Assembly (NCBI GenBank): GCA_964016885.1
Contig: OZ024743.1
Location: forward strand, 243,040,001-243,104,000
Direction: 5' to 3'
Length of the DNA stretch: 64,000 nucleotides
DNA from: Eledone cirrhosa
Taxonomy: Eukaryota
Every line of letters starts with the position of its first letter. Within the stretch, counting starts at the first letter, position 1. A program made the translations under genes and the position numbers. Positions 29,641 to 40,105 of the stretch are shown here, piece after piece. The notes beneath the pieces were generated by a model. The model had not been told where the DNA came from and did not search any database. It was given only the letters and a program-made list of their open reading frames with translations.

Positions 29641-32600
29641 TCCTTGGGTTTGTAATGACCTGTTCAACCTATCCTCGGGTCTGTACCGACTTTGTCAACC
29701 CATCCTAGGGTCTGTAATGACCTCTTCAACCTATCCTCCGGTCTGTACCGACTTTGTCAACCCATGCTAGGGTCAGTAATGACCTGTTCAACCCATCCTA
29801 GGGTCTGTAACGACCTGTTCAACCCACCCAAGGGTCTGTAATGACCTGTTCAACCCATCCTATCGTCTGTACTGACCTGTTCAACCCATGCTAGGGTCTG
29901 TAATGACCTGTTCAACCCATGCTAGGGTCTGTAATGACCTGTTCAACCCATCCTAGGATCTGTAATGACCTGTTCAACCTATCCTAGCGTCTGTACCGAC
30001 CTGTTCAACCCATGCTAGGGTCTGTAATGACCTGTTCAACCCATGCTAGGGTCTGTAATGACCTGTTCAACCCATCCTAGGATCTGTAATGACCTGTTCA
30101 ACCTATCCTAGCGTCTGTACCGACCTGTTCAACCCATGCTAGGGTCTGTAATGACCTGTTCAACCTATTCTCGGGTCTGTAATGACCTGTTCAACCCATC
30201 CTAGGGTCTGTAATGACCTGTTAAACCCATCCTAGTGTTTGTAACAACCTCTTCAACGCATCCTAGGGTCTTGAATGACCAGTCCAACCCACTCTAGGGT
30301 CTGTAATGATCTGTTCAACCTATCCTAGGGTCTGTAACGACCTGTTCAACGCATCCTAGGGTCTTTAATGAACTGTTCAACCCACCCTAGGGTCTGTAAT
30401 GACCTGTTCAACCCATCCTAGTGTCTGTAATGACCTGTTCAACCCACTCTAGGGTCTGTAATGACCTGTTCAACCCATCCTAGGGTCTGTAATGACCTGT
30501 TCAACCCATCCTAGGGTCTGTAATGACCTGTTCAACCCATCCTAGTATCTGTAATGACCTGTTCAACCTATCCTAGGGTCTTTAATGACCTGTTCAACCA
30601 ACCCTAGGGTCTGTAATGACCTTGTCAACCCATCCTAGGGTCTGTAACGACCTGTTCAACTCTTCCTAGGGTCTGTAACGACCTGTTCAACACACCCTAG
30701 GGTTTATAATGACCAGTTCAACCCATCCTTGTTCCTGTAAAGACCTGTTCAACCCATCCTAGGGTCTGTAAACACCTGTTTAACCCATCCTAGGGTTTGT
30801 AATGACCTGTTCAACCCACCCTAGAGTCTGTAATGACCTGTTCAATCCATACTATGGTCTGTAATGACCTGTTCAACCCATCCTTGTGTCTGTAAAGACC
30901 TGTTTAACCCATCCTAGGGTCTGTAACGACATGTTCAACCCATCCTAACGTCTGTAGTGACCTGTTCCAGCCATGCTAGCGTCGCTATTGACCTTTTCAA
31001 CCCATCCTAGGGTTTGTAATGACCTGTTCAACCTATCCTAGGATCTGTAATGACCTTTTCAACCCATCCTAGGGTCTGTAATGACCTGTTCAACCAACCC
31101 TAGGGTCTGTTATGACCTTGTCAACCCATCCTAGGGTCTGTAATGTCCTGTTCAACCTATCCTAGGGTCTGTAATGACCTGCTCAACCTATCCTAGGGTC
31201 TGTAATGACATGTTCAACGCATCCTAGGGTCTGCAATAACCTGTTCAACCCAACCTATCGTGACTAATGACCTGTTCAACCTATTCTAGTGTCTGTAATG
31301 ACCTGTTCAACCCATCCTAGTGTCTTTAATGACCAGTTCAACCCAACCTAGGGTCTAGATTGACCTGTTCAACCCACCCTAGGGTCTGTAATCACCTGTT
31401 CATCACATCCTAGGGTCTTTAATGACCTGTTCAACCTATCCTAGTATCTGTAATGACCTGTTCAACCTATCCTAGGGTCTTTAATGACCTGTTCAACCAA
31501 CCCTAGGCTCTGTAATGACCTGTTCAACCCATCCTAGGGTCTGTAACGACCTGTTCAACACACCCTAGGGTTTGTAATGACCAGTTCAACCCATCCTTGT
31601 TTCTGTAAAGACCTGTTCAACACATCCTAGGGTCTGTAAACACCTGTTTAACCCATCCTAGGGTCTGTAATGACCTGTTCAACCCACCCTAGAGTCTGTA
31701 ATCACCTGTTCAACCTATCCAAAGGTCTGTAATGAACTGTTCAACTTATCCTAGGGTCTGTAATGACCTTTTCAATCCATACTATGGTCTGTAATGACCG
31801 GTTCAACCCATCCTTGTGTTTGTAAAGACCTGTTTAACCCATCCTAGGGTCTGTAACGACTTGTTCACCCCATCCTAGGGTCTGTAGTGACCTGTTCCAG
31901 CCATGCTAGAGTTGCTAATGATCTTTTCAACCCATCCTAGGGTCTGTAATGAACTGTTCTCCCTATCCTAGTGTCTGTAACGACCTGTTCAACCCATTCT
32001 AAGGTCCCTAATGACCTGTTCAACCCATCTTAGGGTCTGTAACGACCTTTTCCACCCATACTAGGGTCTGTAATGACCTGTTCAATTCATCCTAGGGTCT
32101 GTAATGACCTGTTCAACCTATCCTAGGGTCTGTAATTACCTGTTCAACCCATACTAGGGTCTGTAATGACCTGTTCAACACATCCTAGTGTTTGTAATGA
32201 ACTGTTCAAACCACCCTAGGGTCTGTAATGAACTGTTCAAACCAACCTAGGGTCTGTAATGACCCGTTGAACCTATGCTCGGGTCTGTACCGACCTGGTC
32301 AACCCATCATAGTGTCTGTAATAACCTGTTCAACCCATCATAGGGTGTGTAATGACCTGTTCAACCTATACTAGGGTCTGTAACGATCTGTTCGACCCAT
32401 CCTAGGGGCTGTAATAACCTGTTCAACCCATCTTAGGGTCTGTAACAACCTGTTCAACCCATCCTAGAGTTTGTAACAATCTGTTAAACCCATCCTAGGG
32501 TCTGTAACGACCTGTTCCACCCATCCTAGGGGCTGTAATGACCTGTTCAACCTGTCCTAGGGTATGTAATGACCTGTTCATCCCTTCCTAGGGTCTCTAA

Positions 32601-33195
32601 TGACCTGTTGAACCCACCCTACGGTGTGTAATCACCTGTTCAACGCATCCTACGGCTTGTAATGACCTGTTCAAACCACCCTGGGGTCTCTAATGATGTG
32701 TTCAACACATCCTAGGGCTTGTAATGACTTTTTTAACCCATCCTAGGGTCTGTAATGACCTGTTCAACCTATCCTAGTGTCCGTAATGACCTGTTCAACC
32801 CACCCTAGGGTCTGTAATGACCTGTTCAACCCATCGTAGGGTCTGTAATGCCCTGTTCAACCCACCCTAGGGTCTGTAATGATCTCTTCAACGTATCCTA
32901 GGATCTGTAATTATCTGTTCAGCCTATCCTAGGGTCTGTAATTACCTGTAAATCCTATCCTAGGGTCTGTTATGACCTGTTCAACCATTCCTAGGGTCTG
33001 TAACAACCTGTTCAACCAACCCTAGGGTCTGTAATGACCTGTTCAACCCATGCTAAGGACTGTAATGACCTCTTCAACCCACCCTAGGGTCTGTAATGAT
33101 CTGTTCAACGCATCCTAGGGTCAGTAATTATCTGTTCAACCTATCCTAGGGTCTGTAAATACCTGTTCAACCTATCCTAGGGTCTGTAATAACCT

Positions 33196-33745
33196 TGTAG
33201 TGACCTACATTCCGCGGGCTCACATACATTCTCTGTGCGTGATCTGGCTCAGTTAAGCCAATCAACGCCAGTAGAAGAGGTATCCCTACGCGCCTTGAGG
33301 AAGAAATTCCCCGCGAAGATTTGAAGAATCTCTCTCTTGTACCAGAAACTTCGAGCCAGCAACACGCATAATGTAACAGTGAGATATTGCACCCTAGCCT
33401 CGCCGGCTTTTCGGCGCAATGGCACATTCCCTTTGGTAACCTCTTTTTATCTGTAACTTCGACCATATAAGTTAACAAACATTGTTTGTGCTACATCAAA
33501 AATAAACTTACATTTCATCTCTAATTTCTGCTGTTGAAATCATTTTTACGTTACTCGTGTCTCAATAACATCTATAATCCATGCTGCTGGAATTGGCGAC
33601 CTGACGAAAGGAATGTTGTAAATACAAAGATGGTAAATAGATCGAGGGACCTTCCCTCACGTCTATGTCGACAAGATAATCCAACGAGGATAATATCACT
33701 TACCACACTGGCAACTAACGACCTTCAATCATCTACCCTGTTAAA
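33196..33745 (+). repeat. 5' LTR of family A element (550 bp; 578 bp if extended to the second end at 33773)
   Basis: TGTAG start; AATAAA at 33501-33506; differs from the 3' LTR by about 14 substitutions and one 3-bp indel. Confidence 0.9.
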
Positions 33746-33746
33746 G

Positions 33747-33788
33747 TGGTGACCATTCTACCACCCTGCTAAAGTGGTGACCGACGTA
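33747..33788 (+). promoter_or_regulatory. Two tandem primer-binding-site-like motifs resembling the complement of the tRNA-Trp 3' end
   Basis: TGGTGACCATTC at 33747 and TGGTGACCGACGTA at 33775, versus TGGTGACCCCGACGTGA, the complement of the metazoan tRNA-Trp 3' end. Each lies 1 nt after a CTG(T/C)TAAA motif. Confidence 0.7.
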
Positions 33789-35375
33789 AGAATTTAACGC
33801 AGCCCTTCTTTTTTATTCAGTTGAACTTTTATTGCCATGTTGCCAACCTTTTCGCAACTTGCGAAAATAAAAAATATTCCTTTTAAGATTTTTGAAAAAT
33901 TAGCAGTATTTCAAAAACTTTTCGCCACGAAGAAATTTCAAAATGGCTACCGACAAGTCCTGTCTACGATCAACAAAGACAGCAGCAGCAACGACAACAT
34001 TGTTTAGCCACTGACCAAAACAGGGAATAGCGAGTGGCAGCTTCATAGCCTTACCGACGCAAACCACAACACATCGGAAATTTCAGGACGGCTTGTAGCT
34101 TTACCGACGCAACCACCATACATACCTTCTGTCTCGTTACCACAGGGACTCGAGAAATTGAGACAGTAGTTTTCTCACCATTATGGCGTCAGACGTGGCT
34201 GCCATGTTTGGTGACTGCTACTCTACAGAAGATTCTTTGACTTTTCTTTAACAATAAGCAACACAACCGTGTGGCGGGACGGTAAAATGGCCACGAAAAC
34301 TCACAAAAACACCATACATCTAACCCCTAACGGCATTAACAAACTTCTTTTTCAGTTTTCAGATAGAACTAGTGTCTGTACACTGGTGATGTGTGAACTA
34401 TTTGACTTTGAAAAACTTTGAACTTATTGAGCAATTTCTCTGCTCCCTTAGATTGACTTTGAATTATCAGTTTGTTACATTCACATATTTCTTTGTAGAA
34501 TGCATTTACTTGTTTTGTGCTCTTTTGCTATTTGCTTGCTCATGGTTTTTGTTCATTCACATTCTTTGCTGTTTTACATGCCTGCATATGCACACATTTT
34601 TTTTATCACACATCAACATGTTGTTCTTGGTATATGTTCTTCAAACGTAATATTCTGCGAGTCCCTTTTCACCTGGTTGAGGTGCTGTCACATGCTAGCA
34701 GCTCACAGAGCTTAATCCACTGGATTCAAACAGGCACCGCAACACGAGAATACTAATTGCAGCTGAACTCAAACAGCTTCGCATCTCGTTGCACACTGAT
34801 CGTCCATGACGGCCATCCGTCTTGCTGTTTTTGCCCAACTCGCTGGGAAAGCAACAAATTGAACTGGACTTGTCAGCATTTCGGCCACTTCTGTGGATTC
34901 GCCCGAATTATGGAATTTACACTGCAACCCACCTACAGATTAAACTTTTTTTTTTTTTCTTTACAAAGCAACCAGCCATTTTTTCCTGGCTCCACAGCAC
35001 ATTCGACAATACATCTGGGGGCCATCATTTTCTCGCCAGCACTGGTAAACTACCATAATAGCTTCGTTCACCGCTACTGGTACAACGCTTACCATTAACA
35101 TTTAATGCAAGAACAGCAACTTCGCCCATGTCAGACTTTATCTGTTTTCTGGTAGGCCTTTGAGGGTCTCGTTTAAACTACAAAACAGCTAGTCATTTGA
35201 CAGCGACTCAACACGGCCCGTCGCGCCTAATTTTTTTTGTTCTTGCATGAATCTTTCTGCTCAATTATTTTTTCACTGATGTGCTCTTTCAGCATTTGTT
35301 CTTGCTGATTCAATAATATGTGGGTCCTTGGTTTCTTCGTTATCGATTTTCGGCTGAAAATCTGCTCGGAGATGA

Positions 35376-35928
35376 TGTAGTGACCTACATTCCGCGGGCT
35401 CACATACATTCTCTGTGCGTGATTTGGCTCAGTTCAGCCAATCAGCGCCAGTAGAAGAGGATGTATCCCTACGCGCTCTGAGGAAGAAATTCCCCGCGAA
35501 GATTTGAAGAATCTCTCTCTTGTACCAGAAACTTCGAGCCAGCAACACCCATAATGTAACGGTGAGATTTTGCACCCTAGCCTCACCGGCTTTTCGGCGC
35601 AATGGCACATTCCCTTTTGTAACCTCTTCTTATCTGTAACTTCAACCATATAAGTTAACAAACATTGTTTGTGCTACATCAAAAATAAACATACATTTCA
35701 TCTCTAATTTCTGCTGTTGAAATCATTTTTATGTTACTCGTGTCTCAATAACATCTATAATCCATGCTGCTGGAATTGGCGACCTGACGAAAGGAATGTT
35801 GTAAATACAAAGATGGTAAATAGATCGAGGGACCTTCCCTCACGTCTATGTCGACAAGATAATCCAACGAGGATAATATCACTTACCACACTGGCAACTA
35901 ACGACCTTCAATCATCTACCCTGTTAAA
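35376..35928 (+). repeat. 3' LTR of family A element (553 bp)
   Basis: Direct repeat of 33196-33745. Preceded only by a weak purine-rich GGAGATGA (possible degenerate polypurine tract) and followed by the ACCT duplication. Confidence 0.9.
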
Positions 35929-38907
35929 ACCTGTTCAACCAATCCTAGTGTATGTAATGACCAGTTCAACCTATCCTAGGGTCTGTACCTACCTGTTCAA
36001 CATATCCTAGGGTCTGCAACGACCTGTTCAACCCACACTAGGGTCTGAAACGACATGTACAACTAGCCTAAGGGTCTGTAACGACCTGTTCAACCCATCC
36101 TAGGGTCTGTAACAACATGTTCAACCCATCCTAGGGTCTGTAACGACCTGTTCGACCAATCCTAGGGTCTGTAATGACCTGGTCAACCTATCCTAGGGTC
36201 TGTACCGGCCTGTTCAACTAGCCCAAGGGTCTGTAATAACCTGGTCAACCCATCCTAGGGTATATAACGACCTGTTCGACCCATCCTAGGATCTTTAATG
36301 ACCTGTTCAACCTATCCTAGGGTCTGTACCGGCCTGTTCAACTAGCCCAAGGGTCTGTAATAACCTGTTCAACCCATCCTAGGGTATATAACGACCTGTT
36401 CGACCCATCCTAGGGTCTGTAATGACCTGTTCAACCCATCCTAGGGTATATAACGACCTGTTCGACCCATCCTAAGGTCTGTAATGACCTGTTCAACCTA
36501 TCCTAGGGTCAGTAATGACCTGTTCAACCCACCCTAGGGTCTGTAATCACCTGTTCAACCCACCCTAGGGTTTGTAATGACCTGTTCAAACCACCCTGGG
36601 GTCTGTAATGACCTTACCAACCATTTCTAGGGTCTGTAATGATGTGTTCAAACCATTCTAGGGTCTACAACGACCTGTTCAACCCATCCTAGGGTCTGTA
36701 ATGACCAGTTCAACCCATCATAGAGTTGTAATGACCGGTTAAACCTATCCTAGGGTCTGTAATGATCTGTTCAACCCATCCTAGGGTATGTAATGACCGG
36801 ATCAACCTAGCCTAGGGTCTATATAAAACCTGTTCAACCCATCCTAGGGTCTTTTACGACCTGTTCAACCCATCCTAATGTCTGTAATGACGTGTCCAAA
36901 TGACCCTAGGGTCTGTAATGACCTGTTAAACCCATCCTAGGAACTGTAATGAATTGTTCAACCCATCCTAAGGTCTGTAATGACCTGTTCAATCCATCCT
37001 AGGGTCTATAATGACCTGTTCAACCCATCCTTGTATCCGTTATGACCTCTTTAACCCATCTTAGTGTCTGTAACAAACTGTTCAACCCATTCTAGGGTCT
37101 GTAATGACCTGTTCAACCCACCGTAGGGTCTGTAATCACACGTTCAACCTATGCTATTATCTGTAATGAGCTGTTCAACCCATTCTAGGGTCTGTAACGA
37201 CATGTTCAACTCTTCCTAGGGTCTGTAACGACCTGTTCAACACACCCTGGGGTCTGTAATGACCTGTTCAACCCACCCTATGGTCTGTAATGACCTGTTC
37301 AACCCACCCTAGGGTCTGTAATGACCTGTTCAACCCATCCTAGGGTGTGTAATTAATTGTTCAACCTATCCTATTATCTGTAATGACCTGTTCAACCTAT
37401 CCTAGGGTCTTTAATGCCCTGTTCAACCAACCCTAGGGTCTGTAATGACCTTGTCAACCCATCCTCGGGTCTGTAACGACCTGTTCAACTCTTGATAGGG
37501 TCAGTAACGACCTGTTCAACACACCCTAGGGTCTGTAATGACCAGTTCAACCTATCCTTGTTTCTGTAAAGACCTGTTCAACCCATCCTAGCGTCTGTAA
37601 AGACCTATTTAACCCATCCTAGGGTCTGTAATGACCTGTTCAACCCACCCTAGAGTCTGTAATCATCTGTTCATCCTATCCTTGGGTCTGTAATGACCTG
37701 TTCAACCCATCCTTGTGTCTGTAAAGATCTGTTTAACCCATCCTAGGGTCTGTAACGACCTGTTCAACCCATCCTAGGGTCTGTAGTGACCTGTTCCAGC
37801 CCTGCTACGGTCCCTAATGACCTTTTCAACCCATCCTAGGGTCTGTAATGCCTTGTTCACCCTATCCTAGGGTTTGTAATGACCTGTTCAACCTATCCTA
37901 GGGTCTGTAACGACCTATTCAACTCGTCCTAGGGTCTGTAACGACCTGTTCAACACAACCTAGGGTCTGTAATGACAAGTTCAACCCACCCTAGAGTCTG
38001 TAATGACCTGTTCAATCCATCCTAGGGTCTCTAATGACCTGTTCACCCCATCCTAGGGTCTGTATTGACGTGTTCAATCCATCCTAGGGTCTGTAATTAC
38101 CTGTTCAACCCACCATAGGGCCTGTAATCACCTGTTCAACCTATCCTAGGCTCTTTAATGACCTGTTCAACCCACCCTAAGCTCTGTAATGACCTGTTCC
38201 ACCCATCCTAGGATCTGTAATGACCTGTTCCACCCATCCTAGGATCTGTAATGACTTGTTCAACCTATCCTAGGGTCTGTAATGTCTTGTTCAACCCATC
38301 CTAGGGTCAGTAATGACCTGTTCAACCCACACGAGTGTCTGTAATGACCTGTTCAACCTATCCTAGGGTTGTAATGACCTGGTCAAACCATCCTAGGGTC
38401 TATTATGACCTGTTCAACATTTCCTAGTGTCTGTAATAACCTGTTCACCCCATCCTAGGGTCTGTAACGACCTGTTCAACCCACCCTAGGGTCTGTAATG
38501 ACCTGTTCAACCTATCGTAGGGTCTGTAACGACCTGTTCAACCCATCCTAGGGTCTGTAATGACCTGGACAACCCATCCTAGTGTCTGTAATGACCTGTT
38601 CAACCAGCCCTAGGGTCTGAAATGACCTGTTCAACCCAGTCTAGGGTCTGTAATGACCTGTTCAACCTATCCTAGGTTCTGTAATGACCTGTGCAACCCA
38701 TCCTAGTGTCTGTAATAACCTGTTCACCCCATCCTAGGGTCTGTAACGACCTGTTCAACCCATCCTAGGGTCTGTAATGACCTTTCCAAACCATCCTAGG
38801 GTCTGTAATGACCTGTTCAACCCATCATAGGATCTGTAATGACCTGTTCAACCCATTCTAGGGTCTGTAATGACCAGTTTAACCCAACCTTGTGTCTGTA
38901 ACGAACT

Positions 38908-39257
38908 TGTAGCGGTTGTCTCCCTTGTTTGGGTTATCATCTAGACGGGAAGTAGAACCCTTTCTGCAACTTCCGGTCAGAACCCTATAAAACTAACAAC
39001 TTTAGGTTCTCACTCTCTCATTGCCTTTTCGGCACCAGGCCAAGAGCCTCTCATTTGGCCTGGCTGGCCTTAGCCAGGCTCCTCTGCCAGCCGCGTTTGC
39101 CTGGCAATCAAAACGGTAACTACTAACTTTGTTTCATTCTAACATCTATTTCTTTGACATGCTAACTATACTATCTACCATTGTTAATTAAATATATATC
39201 TACACAAACACAATGCCTCGTTTTGTTACATTCATACAACTCAGTATCTCTGCTATA
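38908..39257 (+). mobile_element. Solo LTR, family B (350 bp)
   Basis: Termini TGTAGC...GCTATA. AACT duplicated at 38904-38907 and 39258-39261. TATAAAA at 38986-38992 and ATTAAA at 39187-39192. Homologous to the reverse complements of 53099-53437 and 55644-55983. Confidence 0.85.
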
Positions 39258-39809
39258 AACTGTTCGACCCATTCTAGGGTCTGTAATGACCTGTTTAACC
39301 CACCCTAGGGTCTGTAATCACCTGTTCAACCTATCCTTGTGTCTGTAATGAGCTGTTCAACCCATTCTAGGGTCTGTAACGAACTATTATACACACACTA
39401 GGGTCTGTAATGACCTGTTCAACCTATCCTAGGGTGTGTAATGAATTGTTCAACGTATCCTAGTGTCTGTAATGACCTGTTCAACCTATCTTAGGGTCTC
39501 TAATGACCTGTTCAACCTATCCTAGGGTGTGTAATGACCCGTGCAACCCATCCTAGGGTCTGCAATAACCTGTTCAACCTATCCTAGAGTCTGTAACGAC
39601 CTGTTCAACCCATCCTAGTGTCTGTAATGACCTGTTCAACTTATCCTAGGGTCTTTAATGACATTTTCAACGCATCCTAGGGTCTGTAACAACATGTTCA
39701 ACACATCCTAGGCTCTGTAATGACCTGTTCAATCCACCCTAGAGTCTGTAATCACCTTTTCAACCCATCCTAGAGTCTGTAATCACCTTTTCAACCTATC
39801 CTAGGGTCT

Positions 39810-40105
39810 GTAACAACATGTTCAACCTATCCTAGGGTCTATAACAACATGTTCAACATATCCTAGGGTCTGTAACAACATGTTCAACCCATCCTAGGGT
39901 CTGTAATCATCTTTTCAACTTATCCTAGGGTCTGTAACAACATGTTCAACCTATCCTAGGGTCTGTAACAACATGTTCAACCTATCCTAGGGTCTGTAAC
40001 AACATGTTCAACCTATCCTAGGGTCTGTAACAACATGTTCAACCTATCCTAGGGTCTGTAACAACATGTTCAACCTATCCTAGGGTCTGTAACAACATGT
40101 TCAAC
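39810..40105 (+). repeat. Locally homogenised run of a monomer variant (AACAACATGTTCAACCTATCCTAGGGTCTGT), ~9 copies
   Basis: Consecutive monomers share the AACAACATG variant, which is rare elsewhere in the array. Confidence 0.85.

Larger units (their letters stand above)
33196..35928 (+). mobile_element. Non-autonomous LTR retrotransposon (family A, Gypsy-like), 2733 bp, two LTRs and a ~1.6-kb internal region with no intact ORF
   Basis: Direct repeats at 33196-33745 and 35376-35928, both starting TGTAGTGACC. 4-bp target site duplication ACCT at 33192-33195 and 35929-35932. PBS-like TGGTGACC follows the 5' LTR. No recognisable intact gag/pol in the ORF track. Confidence 0.92.

Noticed and set aside
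33601-33607. CTGACGA as a hammerhead ribozyme core (retrozyme hypothesis)
   Set aside because: I could not place a GAAA with stems I-III and a UH cleavage triplet in any hammerhead topology. An Infernal search would settle it.
34369-34380. 12-bp match CTAGTGTCTGTA to a satellite variant inside the element
   Set aside because: Too short given the many monomer variants; compatible with chance.
34393-35160. Internal ORFs as gag/protease (faint RIME, YWY...PC and FLV strings)
   Set aside because: The resemblance to CsRn1-type Gag/protease is fragmentary, spread over frames and stops, and too weak to call without a profile search.
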